Positions 1 to 10,086 of a DNA stretch of 64,000 nt are shown here, in pieces. Below the pieces are notes generated by a model. That model did not search any database. It worked only from the letters and a program-made list of their open reading frames with translations, and was not told where the DNA came from. Within the stretch, counting starts at the first letter, position 1. Every line of letters starts with the position of its first letter. The position numbers and the translations under genes were made by a program. The stretch is from a bacterium (GTDB taxonomy: Bacteria > Bdellovibrionota_C > UBA2361 > RFPC01), in the NCBI GenBank assembly GCA_009926305.1, contig RFPC01000002.1, positions 1,932 to 65,931 of the forward strand, written 5' to 3'.

Positions 1-131
1 TTGATCAAAGCTGTGAAATTTTGTGATGCACCTGCATATTTTCAAATCCTGTATGTTTCTTTCGCGAGTTATCCTTATGCAGGCGTGATGGCGGCTATTG
101 CCCCAAACTTCAATGTGCTAAGAAGATACCC

Positions 132-1160
132 ATGTTACTTTCCTCCTACAGTCAATACGTAACGGGGTGGAGCCTCTTAGCGGTGATAGCTCTGGTCGCC
201 TCTGTAATCTCTAGCATGATCGAGGTTGCTGGCAAGCATCCCCTTGAAGCAGCTATCCTTGCGATTGTTATCGGAATGGTTTTATCAAACAGCTCAACGA
301 TTCCTCGTTCCTGTGAATCTGGGGTCAAGGCGTTCGAAAAACCTCTGGCACTTGGTATCGTGCTTCTTGGAGCATCTTTCAATTACTACCAGTTCTTCGA
401 GCAGGGATTCGCTCTTTTGCTCATAGTCGTCGGAACAATGCTTACAGGTCTTATCGCTATCGTCTTGTTCGCGTATTTTCTGCGATTGCCTCCAAAGTTA
501 GCACTTCTCCTCGGTCTTGGTACTACGATTTGTGGTGGTACCGCTATTGCAATCACAGCACCATTGATGAAGGCGAGTGAGGAAGAGACAAGCTATGCTA
601 TCGGAGTAATTGCTCTCTGGGGTATCGCGGCACTCGTCCTCTATCCAACCATCGCTCAATCACTTGGAGTATCAGATGAAGTCTTTGGAATCTTCGCAGG
701 AACGGCAATTCACTCTACTCCCCAGGTTGTGGGTGCTGGTTTTATGTTCTCAGAAGTTGCGGGTAAAACAGCTACCGGCGTGAAGCTCCTTCGCAACTGC
801 TTCATAGCTCCGCTCGCCTTCGGGGTTGCTCTTTGGTTTACTCCTGCGTCAGCTGAAGGAACCTCCGAAAACCGTATGAACGCGAAATACTCGGTAGCAA
901 AGGCGCTTCCGTGGTTTCTCTTCGGATATTTCCTGATGGCGTTTCTGTATAGCGAAGAACTACTACCAGACGGATTCAGTGCTCAAGCAGTATATGTAGG
1001 AAAGTTTCTTATCCTCATCGGTATGGCTGGAGTTGGAGCCAATACGCGATTAAACGCTTTCAAAAAGCTGGGATTTACTCCTCTCCTAGCGGGACTTTTC
1101 GGGTCCATTATTGTTGCTACGACGAGCGCGATCCTCATCATACAGCTATATCATCAGTAA
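132..1160 (+). CDS. YeiH/UPF0324-family polytopic membrane protein (putative sulfate exporter family)
   Basis: 342 aa with about 10 hydrophobic segments. Gly-rich motif 'GLGTTICGGTAIAITAP' recalled as typical of the YeiH/PSE family. Confidence 0.55.
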   Translation: MLLSSYSQYVTGWSLLAVIALVASVISSMIEVAGKHPLEAAILAIVIGMVLSNSSTIPRSCESGVKAFEKPLALGIVLLGASFNYYQFFEQGFALLLIVVGTMLTGLIAIVLFAYFLRLPPKLALLLGLGTTICGGTAIAITAPLMKASEEETSYAIGVIALWGIAALVLYPTIAQSLGVSDEVFGIFAGTAIHSTPQVVGAGFMFSEVAGKTATGVKLLRNCFIAPLAFGVALWFTPASAEGTSENRMNAKYSVAKALPWFLFGYFLMAFLYSEELLPDGFSAQAVYVGKFLILIGMAGVGANTRLNAFKKLGFTPLLAGLFGSIIVATTSAILIIQLYHQ

Positions 1161-1376
1161 ACCCATCTTTATCAGCTCCAATCCCCATAGAATATCTTAA
1201 CGACCCCTAACTGCTTTTCTCAGAGAGTCATAGGAGGAATTGCCAATTTTACCATAAATGTTACCAAACACGCTGAAAGAGCATAACTCGTCCCCCTTTT
1301 ATAGAAGCAGAAAGCTCATTTTTAATGATTAGTAAATGCAAGGTCTGAGAACAAACAGAGAGCCAGGGGATATCGT

Positions 1377-1907
1377 ATGTTATCAAGAATTCAAAAATCA
1401 GTATTCACTTTCAATGTGTTTCTTTTACTTCTTGTCAATGTTGCAGACCTTCATGCAAGCACGCTCTGTAACACAGAGCTTAAGCGCTCTCGTTCAGGAA
1501 AAGATTTATATCAAACGAAGGAATTTGCCGCCTATCAGGCGAAAAATGGAGATATCGGACTTCAGATGAGTGATCCATTTCTTCAGTCTCAGGAGGTAAT
1601 TAGGGGAAATGCCGAAGAGGCGGGGTTTACATGGCTCTCGGGAGAAAAGCGAGAATTGAATGGAACGGTAAATGCTTTCGTAGATGTAGTTCAGTGGGAG
1701 GGACATTGGGTTATTATCAAGCACGGGGAGTATATCGCAGTAATTAAAAATAAAACGGTTTCATGTAAGGAGTACAACTCAACTTTCTCCGGTGAGCTTC
1801 AGGGATATCTCTTCTCTCTGTATGAAAAGGCAGATATGAAATCTATAGCTCTTACTCCCGCTTGGACCTTAGCTGAAAAGCTCTTCGGGAATCTTGATAA
1901 CGCTTAA
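1377..1907 (+). CDS. secreted hypothetical protein
   Basis: 176 aa. N-terminal hydrophobic signal-like segment (FTFNVFLLLLVNVADLHAS). No recognisable motif. Confidence 0.4.
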   Translation: MLSRIQKSVFTFNVFLLLLVNVADLHASTLCNTELKRSRSGKDLYQTKEFAAYQAKNGDIGLQMSDPFLQSQEVIRGNAEEAGFTWLSGEKRELNGTVNAFVDVVQWEGHWVIIKHGEYIAVIKNKTVSCKEYNSTFSGELQGYLFSLYEKADMKSIALTPAWTLAEKLFGNLDNA

Positions 1908-2018
1908 TCTTACTCGGATACGGAGCTCGTCTGATCTGAGAGAATAAAATCTTGCACCAATACTCCAAATTCGTCTTAGAGTGTGGCATGCTTTGTCCAT
2001 TCAAGGGGATGATAATTT

Positions 2019-3149
2019 ATGTCAGAGAATGCTAGTAATTATCGAGGATCAAACGTCGCAGAGAATTCTGTAAGAGAGAATTCACATCCAGATTCAGACT
2101 CGCAGGCGAAGCTCGGAGCGCAGCTACTTTCCTATCCAGGGATGTCTGAAGTAGAAAACCTCATTCGTTCGAAGTTTACCTCGAATGCCAGCCTCTTAAC
2201 GGAGATACCCGAGTACCTCCTTGAGCTTGGTGGGAAGCGAATTCGGCCTGCATTGACTCTGTGTACGGCTGATATGTGTGGGATTGCACAAGAATCAAGA
2301 CACGAGTTGTTTGATATTGCCGCTGGAATTGAGCTTATCCATATGGCTACTCTGCTGCATGATGACATCATCGATCACTCTCCTCTCCGCAGAGGGAAAC
2401 CTTCTCCCCATATTACTTTTGGAGAATCAGCCACACTATTAGCTGGAGACTTTCTTCTGGTTCGAGCCTTTTCGCTCTGCGCGCACCTAGACGAGTTTAT
2501 CGTTCAAGAGACAGAGTCAGCGTGCGTGCAGCTGACAGAGGGAGAAATTCTGGAGGCACCGCTATCGAAACAAATATGTACCCAAGAAAGGAGCCTTTTG
2601 ATTGCAGAAAAAAAGACGGCCTCGCTCTTTGGACTAGCCGCTGTATCAGGAGCCCATATTGCCAATGTGCCCAAAGAGGTCGAGGCCTTACTCAAAACCT
2701 TCGGGATAGAGCTCGGCATTGCTTTTCAAGTCCTCGATGATGTTCTTGATGTTGTTGCGGATGAGGGGCTTTTAGGCAAGCGATGTGGCGGAGATCTCGT
2801 CGAACAGAAGCCCTCGATTATTAATGTTCTCTGGCTTGAATCCGGCGACTCGTTCTCAAAGGATGTTCTTTTATCAGAAACTCCTCCCTCGGAGGATATC
2901 GTAAAGGATGCGCTGGAATATCTTCGACAGGGAGATGGTCAGGGTATTGTCCTACAGGCTAAGCAGATCGCCGAGCAAAGGATCCAGAGGGCTGAAAAAG
3001 CCTTGAATAGCGCTGTAGCAATCCTGCAATCTCCTGCTGGCGAAAGTCGTGGAGGTGAAAACGGGAATACTCGAGCAAGGGAATTTTCGTCGTTTGCGCA
3101 CATGCTCCTTACTGGACTCTTAAACTACACCGTTAAGAGACTAAAGTGA
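2019..3149 (+). CDS. ispB: polyprenyl diphosphate synthase (trans-IPPS, IspB-like)
   Basis: Both DDxxD motifs present ('LHDDIIDHSPLRRG' and 'FQVLDDVLD'). 'GGKRIRPALTL' matches the IspB N-terminus. The family start more likely corresponds to Met at about 2142 (MSEVENLIRSKF). Confidence 0.85.
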   Translation: MSENASNYRGSNVAENSVRENSHPDSDSQAKLGAQLLSYPGMSEVENLIRSKFTSNASLLTEIPEYLLELGGKRIRPALTLCTADMCGIAQESRHELFDIAAGIELIHMATLLHDDIIDHSPLRRGKPSPHITFGESATLLAGDFLLVRAFSLCAHLDEFIVQETESACVQLTEGEILEAPLSKQICTQERSLLIAEKKTASLFGLAAVSGAHIANVPKEVEALLKTFGIELGIAFQVLDDVLDVVADEGLLGKRCGGDLVEQKPSIINVLWLESGDSFSKDVLLSETPPSEDIVKDALEYLRQGDGQGIVLQAKQIAEQRIQRAEKALNSAVAILQSPAGESRGGENGNTRAREFSSFAHMLLTGLLNYTVKRLK

Positions 3150-3163
3150 GTAGATCATGCTCG

Positions 3164-4354
3164 CTAAACACGGCCTGTCTCTTGTCCAGGGATTCCGTAG
3201 GCGATATCTTCGAGCTCACGGAGGTGAAGTTTTACATCATCAGGAAGGTATGTTCCACCGCTTCCAGAGTAAGCACCGATGAGAATCTCTCTCAACAGGA
3301 GGAAGCTCTTGCGAGCAAGTTCTGTATCTGCTTGGAGTCGAATGGCACGCTCTAAGAGCATTTCTGGTAGCTCATACATGAAATACCCTGGTAGCTCACG
3401 ATACGCTTGAGCAAGAAGCAACAATTTCTCTGCTTCATTTTTGGCATGTAACGTTGTTCCCTCATTCAGTTCACGATGTATAGTTGCGGTCACTCTTAAG
3501 AGCTCTATAACACCTCCCCCACTGATTTGCTGTTCTTTGTTGAGACCAGACTGAAGTAAGTTCTCAATCGGAGTCTGCGCATCTTTTTCCCACCTTTTTA
3601 GGCCCTGTTCCCAAAGAAACAACTCACTATTCTCTCTTCGTGAAAGTTTACGACCATTTTTATAGTTTCTGAGCTCCTCTAGGATAACCGTGGGATTTTG
3701 TCCCACACGAACTTTAATAGTGAGCCATTTTGCCAACATCCGATCACGTTCGTATGGGATCTCTGACTTTTTAGCAATGGAGAGGAAAGCTGCGGCAGCC
3801 CGCTCAAACTGACGTGATGCCAGTAGATAGTCGGCTATAACCAGCGGATCCTTGATCTCAGAGAAGAACTGCTCATCGAAGGAGGGATTCGGAAACTCGG
3901 CGCCCTTTAGTCGTGTATGGCATGAAATACAGTATTGGCTAAAGCTCTTTATCTGCCATAGCGCATAGCCCCGTTCGCCTTCCTTGAAGCGAGTATTTGC
4001 ATCTTCAACCATTCTTGCGATTGACTGTAAAAGAAAACGATAGGTTGGTTCAGAGGAGAATCGCGATTTTCTTAATTCATCCTTATGAAAAGAATTCTCA
4101 AGGTCGGCCAACAGAGATTGTATCTCCCCGTCAATCTCCCCAGAAAGAAATTTCTTCTCATTAATGGAATGTCTAAATAGCTGATGAAAAGATTGATAGA
4201 GCGTTTGCATCTCTCCCTTAATCTCTTCTGTTGTTGGCAGGTTGGGAGAAGCCTTTGGCGTATCAGCAATAATCAGCAAGGGAGCGGCTAAAAAAACCAT
4301 AAAGAAGGCAATGGTGATTCGGATACGATATATTCGGGCAGTAGTGTGTTTCAT
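3164..4354 (-). CDS. signal-anchored periplasmic protein with single CxxCH motif (putative mono-haem c-type cytochrome domain protein)
   Basis: Likely start MKHTTARIYRIRITIAFFMVFLAAPLLIIA (signal/TM); the long ORF begins 13 codons upstream at 4393. One 'CISCH' haem-c binding motif. Otherwise a helical, charged protein with no other recognisable domain. Confidence 0.35.
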   Translation of the reverse strand: MKHTTARIYRIRITIAFFMVFLAAPLLIIADTPKASPNLPTTEEIKGEMQTLYQSFHQLFRHSINEKKFLSGEIDGEIQSLLADLENSFHKDELRKSRFSSEPTYRFLLQSIARMVEDANTRFKEGERGYALWQIKSFSQYCISCHTRLKGAEFPNPSFDEQFFSEIKDPLVIADYLLASRQFERAAAAFLSIAKKSEIPYERDRMLAKWLTIKVRVGQNPTVILEELRNYKNGRKLSRRENSELFLWEQGLKRWEKDAQTPIENLLQSGLNKEQQISGGGVIELLRVTATIHRELNEGTTLHAKNEAEKLLLLAQAYRELPGYFMYELPEMLLERAIRLQADTELARKSFLLLREILIGAYSGSGGTYLPDDVKLHLRELEDIAYGIPGQETGRV

Positions 4355-4721
4355 TTTGTCACTTCCAAAAAGGAACGCCTGAGATAGTCTCATTTCTCAC
4401 GTTCATCCCCCAGAATCATAACGAAGACATCCTGATTTCTACATATAAATCCTCAGGTATATCGTGCGGGCATTATCTTCGACTCAACTACAGAAAGGCA
4501 GAGCGATATCAAATAACTATAACGATTACAGTTACTTGCTGCCACTAAGGCACCTGCGTGTTTCGCTCAGCCATAACCTTACAAGCTCCCGGAATTGCCG
4601 GCACCGTGAGCTATTCCAGCTACCACTGAATGCTTCAAGCGGTAGAACTGGAGGTACTACGGCATTTTTTTGGGGTTTTCGCACAGGTGATTCATGGATG
4701 AAGCACTGGAGATCATAGATT

Positions 4722-5006
4722 ATGACCCGCGAAAGACTACCACAAATGGACCTCTCCCACTCGTGGGGAAAGGGATACGATCCAGTTCATGAGCTTATGC
4801 GAGCTATTATTCTTCGAGCTGTTGAAGACTATAATTCAAAGGGCGAACTCAAAGAGGAAGCTATTGAATATATGAATTCAGAGGAAGAGGAATATATCTT
4901 CTCATTTCGGGCAATTTGTCGACGATTTGGCTTTGATCCCGATAAGACAAGATACGCAATCATGAATGCCCAACATCGCATCAGTACGAGGCGGCGTGCG
5001 GCATAA
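4722..5006 (+). CDS. hypothetical small protein (94 aa)
   Basis: Intact ORF on the + strand of a divergent intergenic region. No recognisable motif. Confidence 0.35.
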   Translation: MTRERLPQMDLSHSWGKGYDPVHELMRAIILRAVEDYNSKGELKEEAIEYMNSEEEEYIFSFRAICRRFGFDPDKTRYAIMNAQHRISTRRRAA

Positions 5007-5162
5007 TGGTCTTTGAAGAAGAACTTCAAAGGCTTCCCCACTGCGCTGTTGATCACAGTTTGTGCATCTGGGAGGTGGAAATCAGAGGCAACTGAGAAAG
5101 AAACTCTGCTTCCCCTCCCCGATGGATAGCGTAAAGCCGGACAGTTCTGAGAAATCTATTCC

Positions 5163-5432
5163 CTACATCCCGACAGCAGATTGAAGAGCCTCTGAATATT
5201 CCTCTCTTAGCGGTTGACGCGACTGGTAGAGAATGCGAGCTAATTCATCTTTACTTTGTAGTTTTTTGCGTTTCAGGAGAGTAATCTCTTGTTGATCTTC
5301 ACTGGTAAATCCAATTTTCTTTGCCAGAAGTCGCAGCCGTTCTTCATAGCCTTTATGCTTCTTAATTAAACGGCGTACATTTCTATCATTTTTTGCGAGC
5401 CGGGTAAGTTCCAAACGGTCTGAGGTATTCAT
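5163..5432 (-). CDS. DUF465 (YdcH-like) family small protein
   Basis: 89 aa, helical and charged. Pattern L..L......R.LI.KH..YEERL....K.....E.QE...LK..KL..KDELA.IL resembles DUF465. Confidence 0.5.
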   Translation of the reverse strand: MNTSDRLELTRLAKNDRNVRRLIKKHKGYEERLRLLAKKIGFTSEDQQEITLLKRKKLQSKDELARILYQSRQPLREEYSEALQSAVGM

Positions 5433-5683
5433 GACTACTCCTCTATAAAATTAGGCGTACTTCTGAGAGTGGATAGCCGTTCAAAACAAGGCGTAACTGT
5501 CCATATCAGAAAAAAACAGGCGTCTCCTCTCTAACCTGCGTCTCCGTAAGACCAATCCCTTGTATAACGACTACCCCCCAAGAATAACGAGCAGAAAGAG
5601 TGGGTGGTGAACTTTCTACGAACAAAACAGCGGTCTAAAAAAAAGGGCTGTTGTTAAGGGAAGATAAGTACCGAATGCTGATT

Positions 5684-6451
5684 CTAACGGTGTGAATCAA
5701 AGCCAACTACGGAGTAGTTACGAGCCTGTATTGTGGCAGCTCCTCCCTCGAGAGCGAGTTGAGCGTGCCGTCGATGTGAATAGAAGCGGGAGTCACTCAT
5801 AGTATGAAGAGTTGTTTTCTCAATTTGAGCAGTAACCCCCATTCGTTGAATTTGAAAGCATGCTTCTGCATACATATCGAGATGAACTGCCCCATGTGGC
5901 ATGCGAAATGTAGATTTCGGGAAGAGCTCTAGAAATTCCTCGCCAACCTGATACAGCATCGGATCGGCACACGGCCCAATGGCAATGTAGCGCGGACAGT
6001 CGCTCTTCAGTTCAAACTGCCTAAGGGTTTTAGCGATAATTCCGTTTTGCAATCCTCTCCATCCAGCATGGACCAGAGCAATCCAATGAGCTCCAAAAAA
6101 TAGAAGCGGTAGACAGTCTGCTGTCTTAATGCAAAAACCAAGGCCACTACCGACTAATGCGTCTCTGGACAGAAACCACGCATCAGCCGAAATGGGATAG
6201 TAGTGAAGAGAATCCTCCTCTGAAAACACTGCCCTATCAAGGTCATGGGGGCTGTCTATCACGATCAGATTGTTCTCATGTACCTGATGAAGTGCTAGTA
6301 GACGGGTCGTGCCATGTATTCTGCCGCGAGTATCATGAACCGTTTGTGTAAGAGCGCTTCCGCCGAATCCACTGAATCCTGTACAACCCAGGTGCGCGAT
6401 GAGATTCTTGGAAGACAGGAGCTGAGTTGCATGATCGAACTGGAAACTCAT
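5684..6451 (-). CDS. pgeF: peptidoglycan editing factor PgeF (YfiH/DUF152 laccase-domain protein)
   Basis: 'HAGWRGLQNGI' signature of the YfiH/DUF152 family. 255 aa. Confidence 0.85.
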   Translation of the reverse strand: MSFQFDHATQLLSSKNLIAHLGCTGFSGFGGSALTQTVHDTRGRIHGTTRLLALHQVHENNLIVIDSPHDLDRAVFSEEDSLHYYPISADAWFLSRDALVGSGLGFCIKTADCLPLLFFGAHWIALVHAGWRGLQNGIIAKTLRQFELKSDCPRYIAIGPCADPMLYQVGEEFLELFPKSTFRMPHGAVHLDMYAEACFQIQRMGVTAQIEKTTLHTMSDSRFYSHRRHAQLALEGGAATIQARNYSVVGFDSHR

Positions 6452-6454
6452 AGG

Positions 6455-7435
6455 TCAGTTCAGCTGTCGAAAGCGCTTTAATGCTTCCTCTATGTCATGA
6501 GGAAGCTCTGATACATAAGAGAGTGTCTCGCCAGATTGTGGGTGCTTAAAGTGAAGCTCACATGCATGAAGTGCTTGTCGCCCAAGCGTATCCACAATCT
6601 GCCCCGCAGCTGGTGAAAGGGTATCAAATTTTCCGTACAATTGATCACCCAGGACACCACTATTTACCGAATCAAGATGTACGCGTATTTGATGAGTTCT
6701 TCCAGAATGAATGGTCAGCAGTAGCAAATATGCGTGAGGGAGACGCTCCTGAACGACCCAGTCAGTTCTGGCGGCACGACCATCCTCTCGGATGCACATT
6801 TTTGTTCTGTGATGACTATCCCTCCCGATGGGTGAGTCGATACTTCCAGAATCTTCTCTATCGAAGGGTTGGCCGCCCTTCATATTTCTGACCACAAGTG
6901 ATGTATATCTCTTAATAAGGGACCTCTCTTGAAATTGATAGGACAAAGCAGCTTGGGCCTGTAGTGTCTTTGCCACTATCAATAAGCCCGAGGTATCTCG
7001 ATCCAAGCGGTGTACGATGCCTGGGCGAGGATTACCTGGAAACTGTTGAGGATTAATCACTCCCATGCCAATCAGAGCATTCATAAGAGTCTGATGACCA
7101 GTTCCCGCCCCGGGATGAACGGTAAGCTGAGGAGGCTTATCAATAATTGCTATCGATTCATCTTCAAAAAGGATTGGTAAGCGTAAATCATATGGCTGGA
7201 GCAGTGCATCTTGCTCTTCTTTCCACTCAAGTATCGTGCACTCATCACCAGGAGATACGATACTTCCACTCTTAGAAGCGGGTATCCCATTGAGCAATAC
7301 CAATCCATTCTCAATACGTCGCTTAAGTTGAGAGCGAGATAATTGGATTCCATCCTGTATATTTATTAAATCAATCAAGATGCGGTCAATTCGCCCCATA
7401 CAGTCTTTTGGGACCGTAATATGAATGGTCTTCAT
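6455..7435 (-). CDS. rluD: 23S rRNA pseudouridine synthase, RluD subfamily (RluA family)
   Basis: N-terminal S4-like domain plus catalytic 'HRLDRDTSGLLIVAKT' motif. 326 aa. 4-nt overlap with the upstream ribF. Confidence 0.85.
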   Translation of the reverse strand: MKTIHITVPKDCMGRIDRILIDLINIQDGIQLSRSQLKRRIENGLVLLNGIPASKSGSIVSPGDECTILEWKEEQDALLQPYDLRLPILFEDESIAIIDKPPQLTVHPGAGTGHQTLMNALIGMGVINPQQFPGNPRPGIVHRLDRDTSGLLIVAKTLQAQAALSYQFQERSLIKRYTSLVVRNMKGGQPFDREDSGSIDSPIGRDSHHRTKMCIREDGRAARTDWVVQERLPHAYLLLLTIHSGRTHQIRVHLDSVNSGVLGDQLYGKFDTLSPAAGQIVDTLGRQALHACELHFKHPQSGETLSYVSELPHDIEEALKRFRQLN

Positions 7436-8406
7436 TGCAATACCTCATGGGCGCGATTTATATCGGCGAGGATTTGCGTTTTTAGCTCTTCTATTGAGGG
7501 AAAGCGTTTTTCATCTCTCAAGAATGCACAAAACTCAAGGGTTAGAATCTCTCCGTAGCATGAAAGTTGCCGTTCAACCAATAAATGAGCCTCAATCGAG
7601 ACACGAGGTCCTTGGGGCGGCGTTTTACCCTTCTGGGTATGGAAGGTTGGGCGAGTTCCAACATTCACAACGGCAGGAAGGTTGGCCTCTTCTCCAATGG
7701 TAGCACGAGCTGCATAGACGCCATGTCGTAAAGGTGTTGGAAATGGAAGATGGAGATTTGCCGTTGGAAAACCGAGCGTCTTCCCTCTTCCATCCCCTTT
7801 TACTACTTTGCCTTCTAGGATAACGGGACGGCCTAATAGTACTTCGGCTTCTGTTATGTTTCCTTCCCTCAGTAATCGACGAATTTCTCTTGAGCCGATT
7901 TTTTCTTTATCTGCGCAATGAAGTAGCGAGGCAATTTCGAAAAGCATCCCTCTTGAGTTGCATAGTTCTCTCAGCACTTCAGTATTGCCGCTGCGGTTTT
8001 TTCCGATAGAAAAATCTGATCCAACAACAAGTGCTTTGCAGTTTAAATTCGCTATCAAATACCGCTGAACAAATTCTTCGGGTGACATCGCAGCAACTTC
8101 CGGAGTAAAGCGAATCAAGTAGAAAGCCTCAACTCCCAGATTCTCGAGTATTTGCATTTTTTGTCTCAGTGAAGAGATTTTTTCGGGGTTATAGTCGGAA
8201 CGCAGAACAGAGAGCGGATGGGGGTAAAATGAAACAACTACTGGAGCATAATGTTTGCGTTTCGCGGTCGCTACAACTTTACGAATAAGACTGATGTGCC
8301 CCTTATGAAGCCCATCGAAGCTCCCTATTGTGCAGGCAGAATGCGACAACTCATTTTCATGTAAGGCTGACGGAGCTCTAACAAGCCTTAACATAATACC
8401 CAGCAA
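7432..8406 (-). CDS. ribF: bifunctional riboflavin kinase / FMN adenylyltransferase
   Basis: 'GSFDGLHKGH' FAD-synthetase motif and a C-terminal riboflavin kinase region. 324 aa. Confidence 0.85.
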   Translation of the reverse strand: MLGIMLRLVRAPSALHENELSHSACTIGSFDGLHKGHISLIRKVVATAKRKHYAPVVVSFYPHPLSVLRSDYNPEKISSLRQKMQILENLGVEAFYLIRFTPEVAAMSPEEFVQRYLIANLNCKALVVGSDFSIGKNRSGNTEVLRELCNSRGMLFEIASLLHCADKEKIGSREIRRLLREGNITEAEVLLGRPVILEGKVVKGDGRGKTLGFPTANLHLPFPTPLRHGVYAARATIGEEANLPAVVNVGTRPTFHTQKGKTPPQGPRVSIEAHLLVERQLSCYGEILTLEFCAFLRDEKRFPSIEELKTQILADINRAHEVLQ

Positions 8407-9132
8407 CTACTGAAGTGTTTTTAATTTTTCCCGAGCATCTTTCGCTTCGGGTGATGCTGGAAACTGGGCTATGAGCTTCTGGAGGGTTAATCGTGCTGTA
8501 TTCATATCTCGCATTCGAATCAAAACCGAGGCTTGCCGAAAAAGTGCTAGAGGTGCCCGATCGTGCGATGCAAATTCATTCGCGAGAGAAAGATACGACG
8601 AGAGCGCCTGAGGATTGTTTGCGATCCCCTCATGACATACCGCCACCCAGAAAAGCGCCCTAGCGCGGATATCAGGGAGTAAATCACTAGTAACAAGGGA
8701 TTGTAATCCTGGAAGTGCTAGTTGATAGTTTCCAGTGCGTATTCGAGTCAGCTCGTTCATGAAAACACGGGCCAATTCAGGCTCTAGTGAGGAAACAAAT
8801 ATCTCATCAGCCTCAAGGGCAATGAGAGGGACGAGTGCTGGAGGTGGCATCCTTCTTTGAAGGCGAGATAAATCTGCCTTAAGAGTATTAACATCACCAC
8901 TGAATCTTTGTGCTTGAGAGAACTCGACTTCTTCTATTCTCCCTGAGATTCTTCTCGAGCGGTCCTCCAGAGCATCAACTCTCGCAACAATCTCTGCTTG
9001 TACGCCTCGCATGTCATCGAGTCCATTTTCAATTCTGTCGATACGACCCAAGAATTGTCCAGGGAAAGAACAACCAGTGGTAAAGTTCTGAAGCGCTAAG
9101 AGGCAAACGAGCAAATATAGAGATAATCTCAT
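8407..9132 (-). CDS. Tol-Pal system protein CpoB/YbgF-like lipoprotein (coiled-coil plus helical repeat)
   Basis: Signal peptide with Cys lipobox (TTGCSF). N-terminal coiled-coil then a helical repeat C-terminus. Sits immediately downstream of pal, as cpoB does in Tol-Pal clusters. Confidence 0.5.
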   Translation of the reverse strand: MRLSLYLLVCLLALQNFTTGCSFPGQFLGRIDRIENGLDDMRGVQAEIVARVDALEDRSRRISGRIEEVEFSQAQRFSGDVNTLKADLSRLQRRMPPPALVPLIALEADEIFVSSLEPELARVFMNELTRIRTGNYQLALPGLQSLVTSDLLPDIRARALFWVAVCHEGIANNPQALSSYLSLANEFASHDRAPLALFRQASVLIRMRDMNTARLTLQKLIAQFPASPEAKDAREKLKTLQ

Positions 9133-9314
9133 AGTGGTCTACAGTCTAAAGGAAGAAGATGAATAAACACAACGCACAGATTGCCTTCGCGAGAACAAAA
9201 TACGGCGACTAGCCAAGGTCGAACACCGCCCAGCTAGACGCCGTTATTGCTGTCTCACTACACCGAGAAAAATCCCAGCTAGCTACCAAACAAGTCAAAT
9301 CTCAAAGAGCAGAA

Positions 9315-9758
9315 CTATTTTTCCACCCGGAAATGCACTCTGCGGTTTTGAGACCATGCAGACTCGTTATGACCCGGAGCAAGTGGCTGGTCTTCCCCAT
9401 AACTCACCATGCTCATACGATCGCTCTCAATCCCTAAGCCTCGAAGATAGTCGTAAGCAGACTGAGCACGACGTTGACCCAACGCGAGGTTGTATTCCCG
9501 TGTCCCACGCTCATCACAGTGACCTTCAAGGGTAACGTCTACGCCAGAGTGGCTCTTCAGCCATTTCGCGCTATTCTTTAAGCTCTCCTTAGCCTCACTC
9601 GTAAGATCAGACTTATCGAAGGCAAAATGAACATCTTTCAACACCCTACCTGCTTCGGCATAAGGAACGTTTCCTATTGAACGCGGCCTAGTGGTACAGG
9701 TACATGCGGAAATAAAAAATACACTCGCAGCAAGTACTATTAATCTGACTGATTTCAT
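9315..9758 (-). CDS. pal: peptidoglycan-associated lipoprotein Pal (OmpA-like domain)
   Basis: Lipoprotein signal MKSVRLIVLAASVFFISAC. OmpA-family C-terminal domain (HCDERGTREYNLALGQRRAQSAYDYL...). The long ORF extends to 9797; the lipoprotein-type start is the Met at about 9758. Confidence 0.85.
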   Translation of the reverse strand: MKSVRLIVLAASVFFISACTCTTRPRSIGNVPYAEAGRVLKDVHFAFDKSDLTSEAKESLKNSAKWLKSHSGVDVTLEGHCDERGTREYNLALGQRRAQSAYDYLRGLGIESDRMSMVSYGEDQPLAPGHNESAWSQNRRVHFRVEK

Positions 9759-9800
9759 TCTGTGACTCTCCAAAATACTTTTCCGGCTGTTTCTCAAGAA

Positions 9801-9854
9801 CTTACCAAGATGCCTGCACTTACCAAGATGCCTGCACTTACCAAGATGCCTGGT
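9801..9854. repeat. 18-bp tandem direct repeat, about 2.9 copies (cttaccaagatgcctgca)
   Basis: Directly visible: cttaccaagatgcctgca x2 followed by cttaccaagatgcctggt. Lies about 45-95 nt upstream of the pal start. Confidence 0.9.
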
Positions 9855-10086
9855 TTCGCATGGAACCTTGCAACTGAGAAGTCCTGAACCTTTCTTAAGA
9901 AATCCCCTATGTTTACAACATACTAACAGCCGAATTTCAAGGTGTTAAATCACGAAACGGGTGTCTATATGTCGATGGGCATACCAATTCCTCACGAGAG
10001 AGTGTTTTTAAGAAGTATTGAAAGCCAATCTCAGGACGGAACACGTGGTTCTAGGCTTCCAGCAACGAGAGGAGTGCGTAAGCCCT

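Noticed and set aside
4464-4718. 84-aa ORF in the divergent intergenic region
   Set aside because: Low-complexity translation with no RBS context. It lies in the promoter region between two divergent genes and is most likely spurious.
5010-5036. AT-rich 8-bp hairpin (ctttgaag-aagaa-cttcaaag) after the 94-aa ORF
   Set aside because: No following T-run and low stability. Not called as a terminator.
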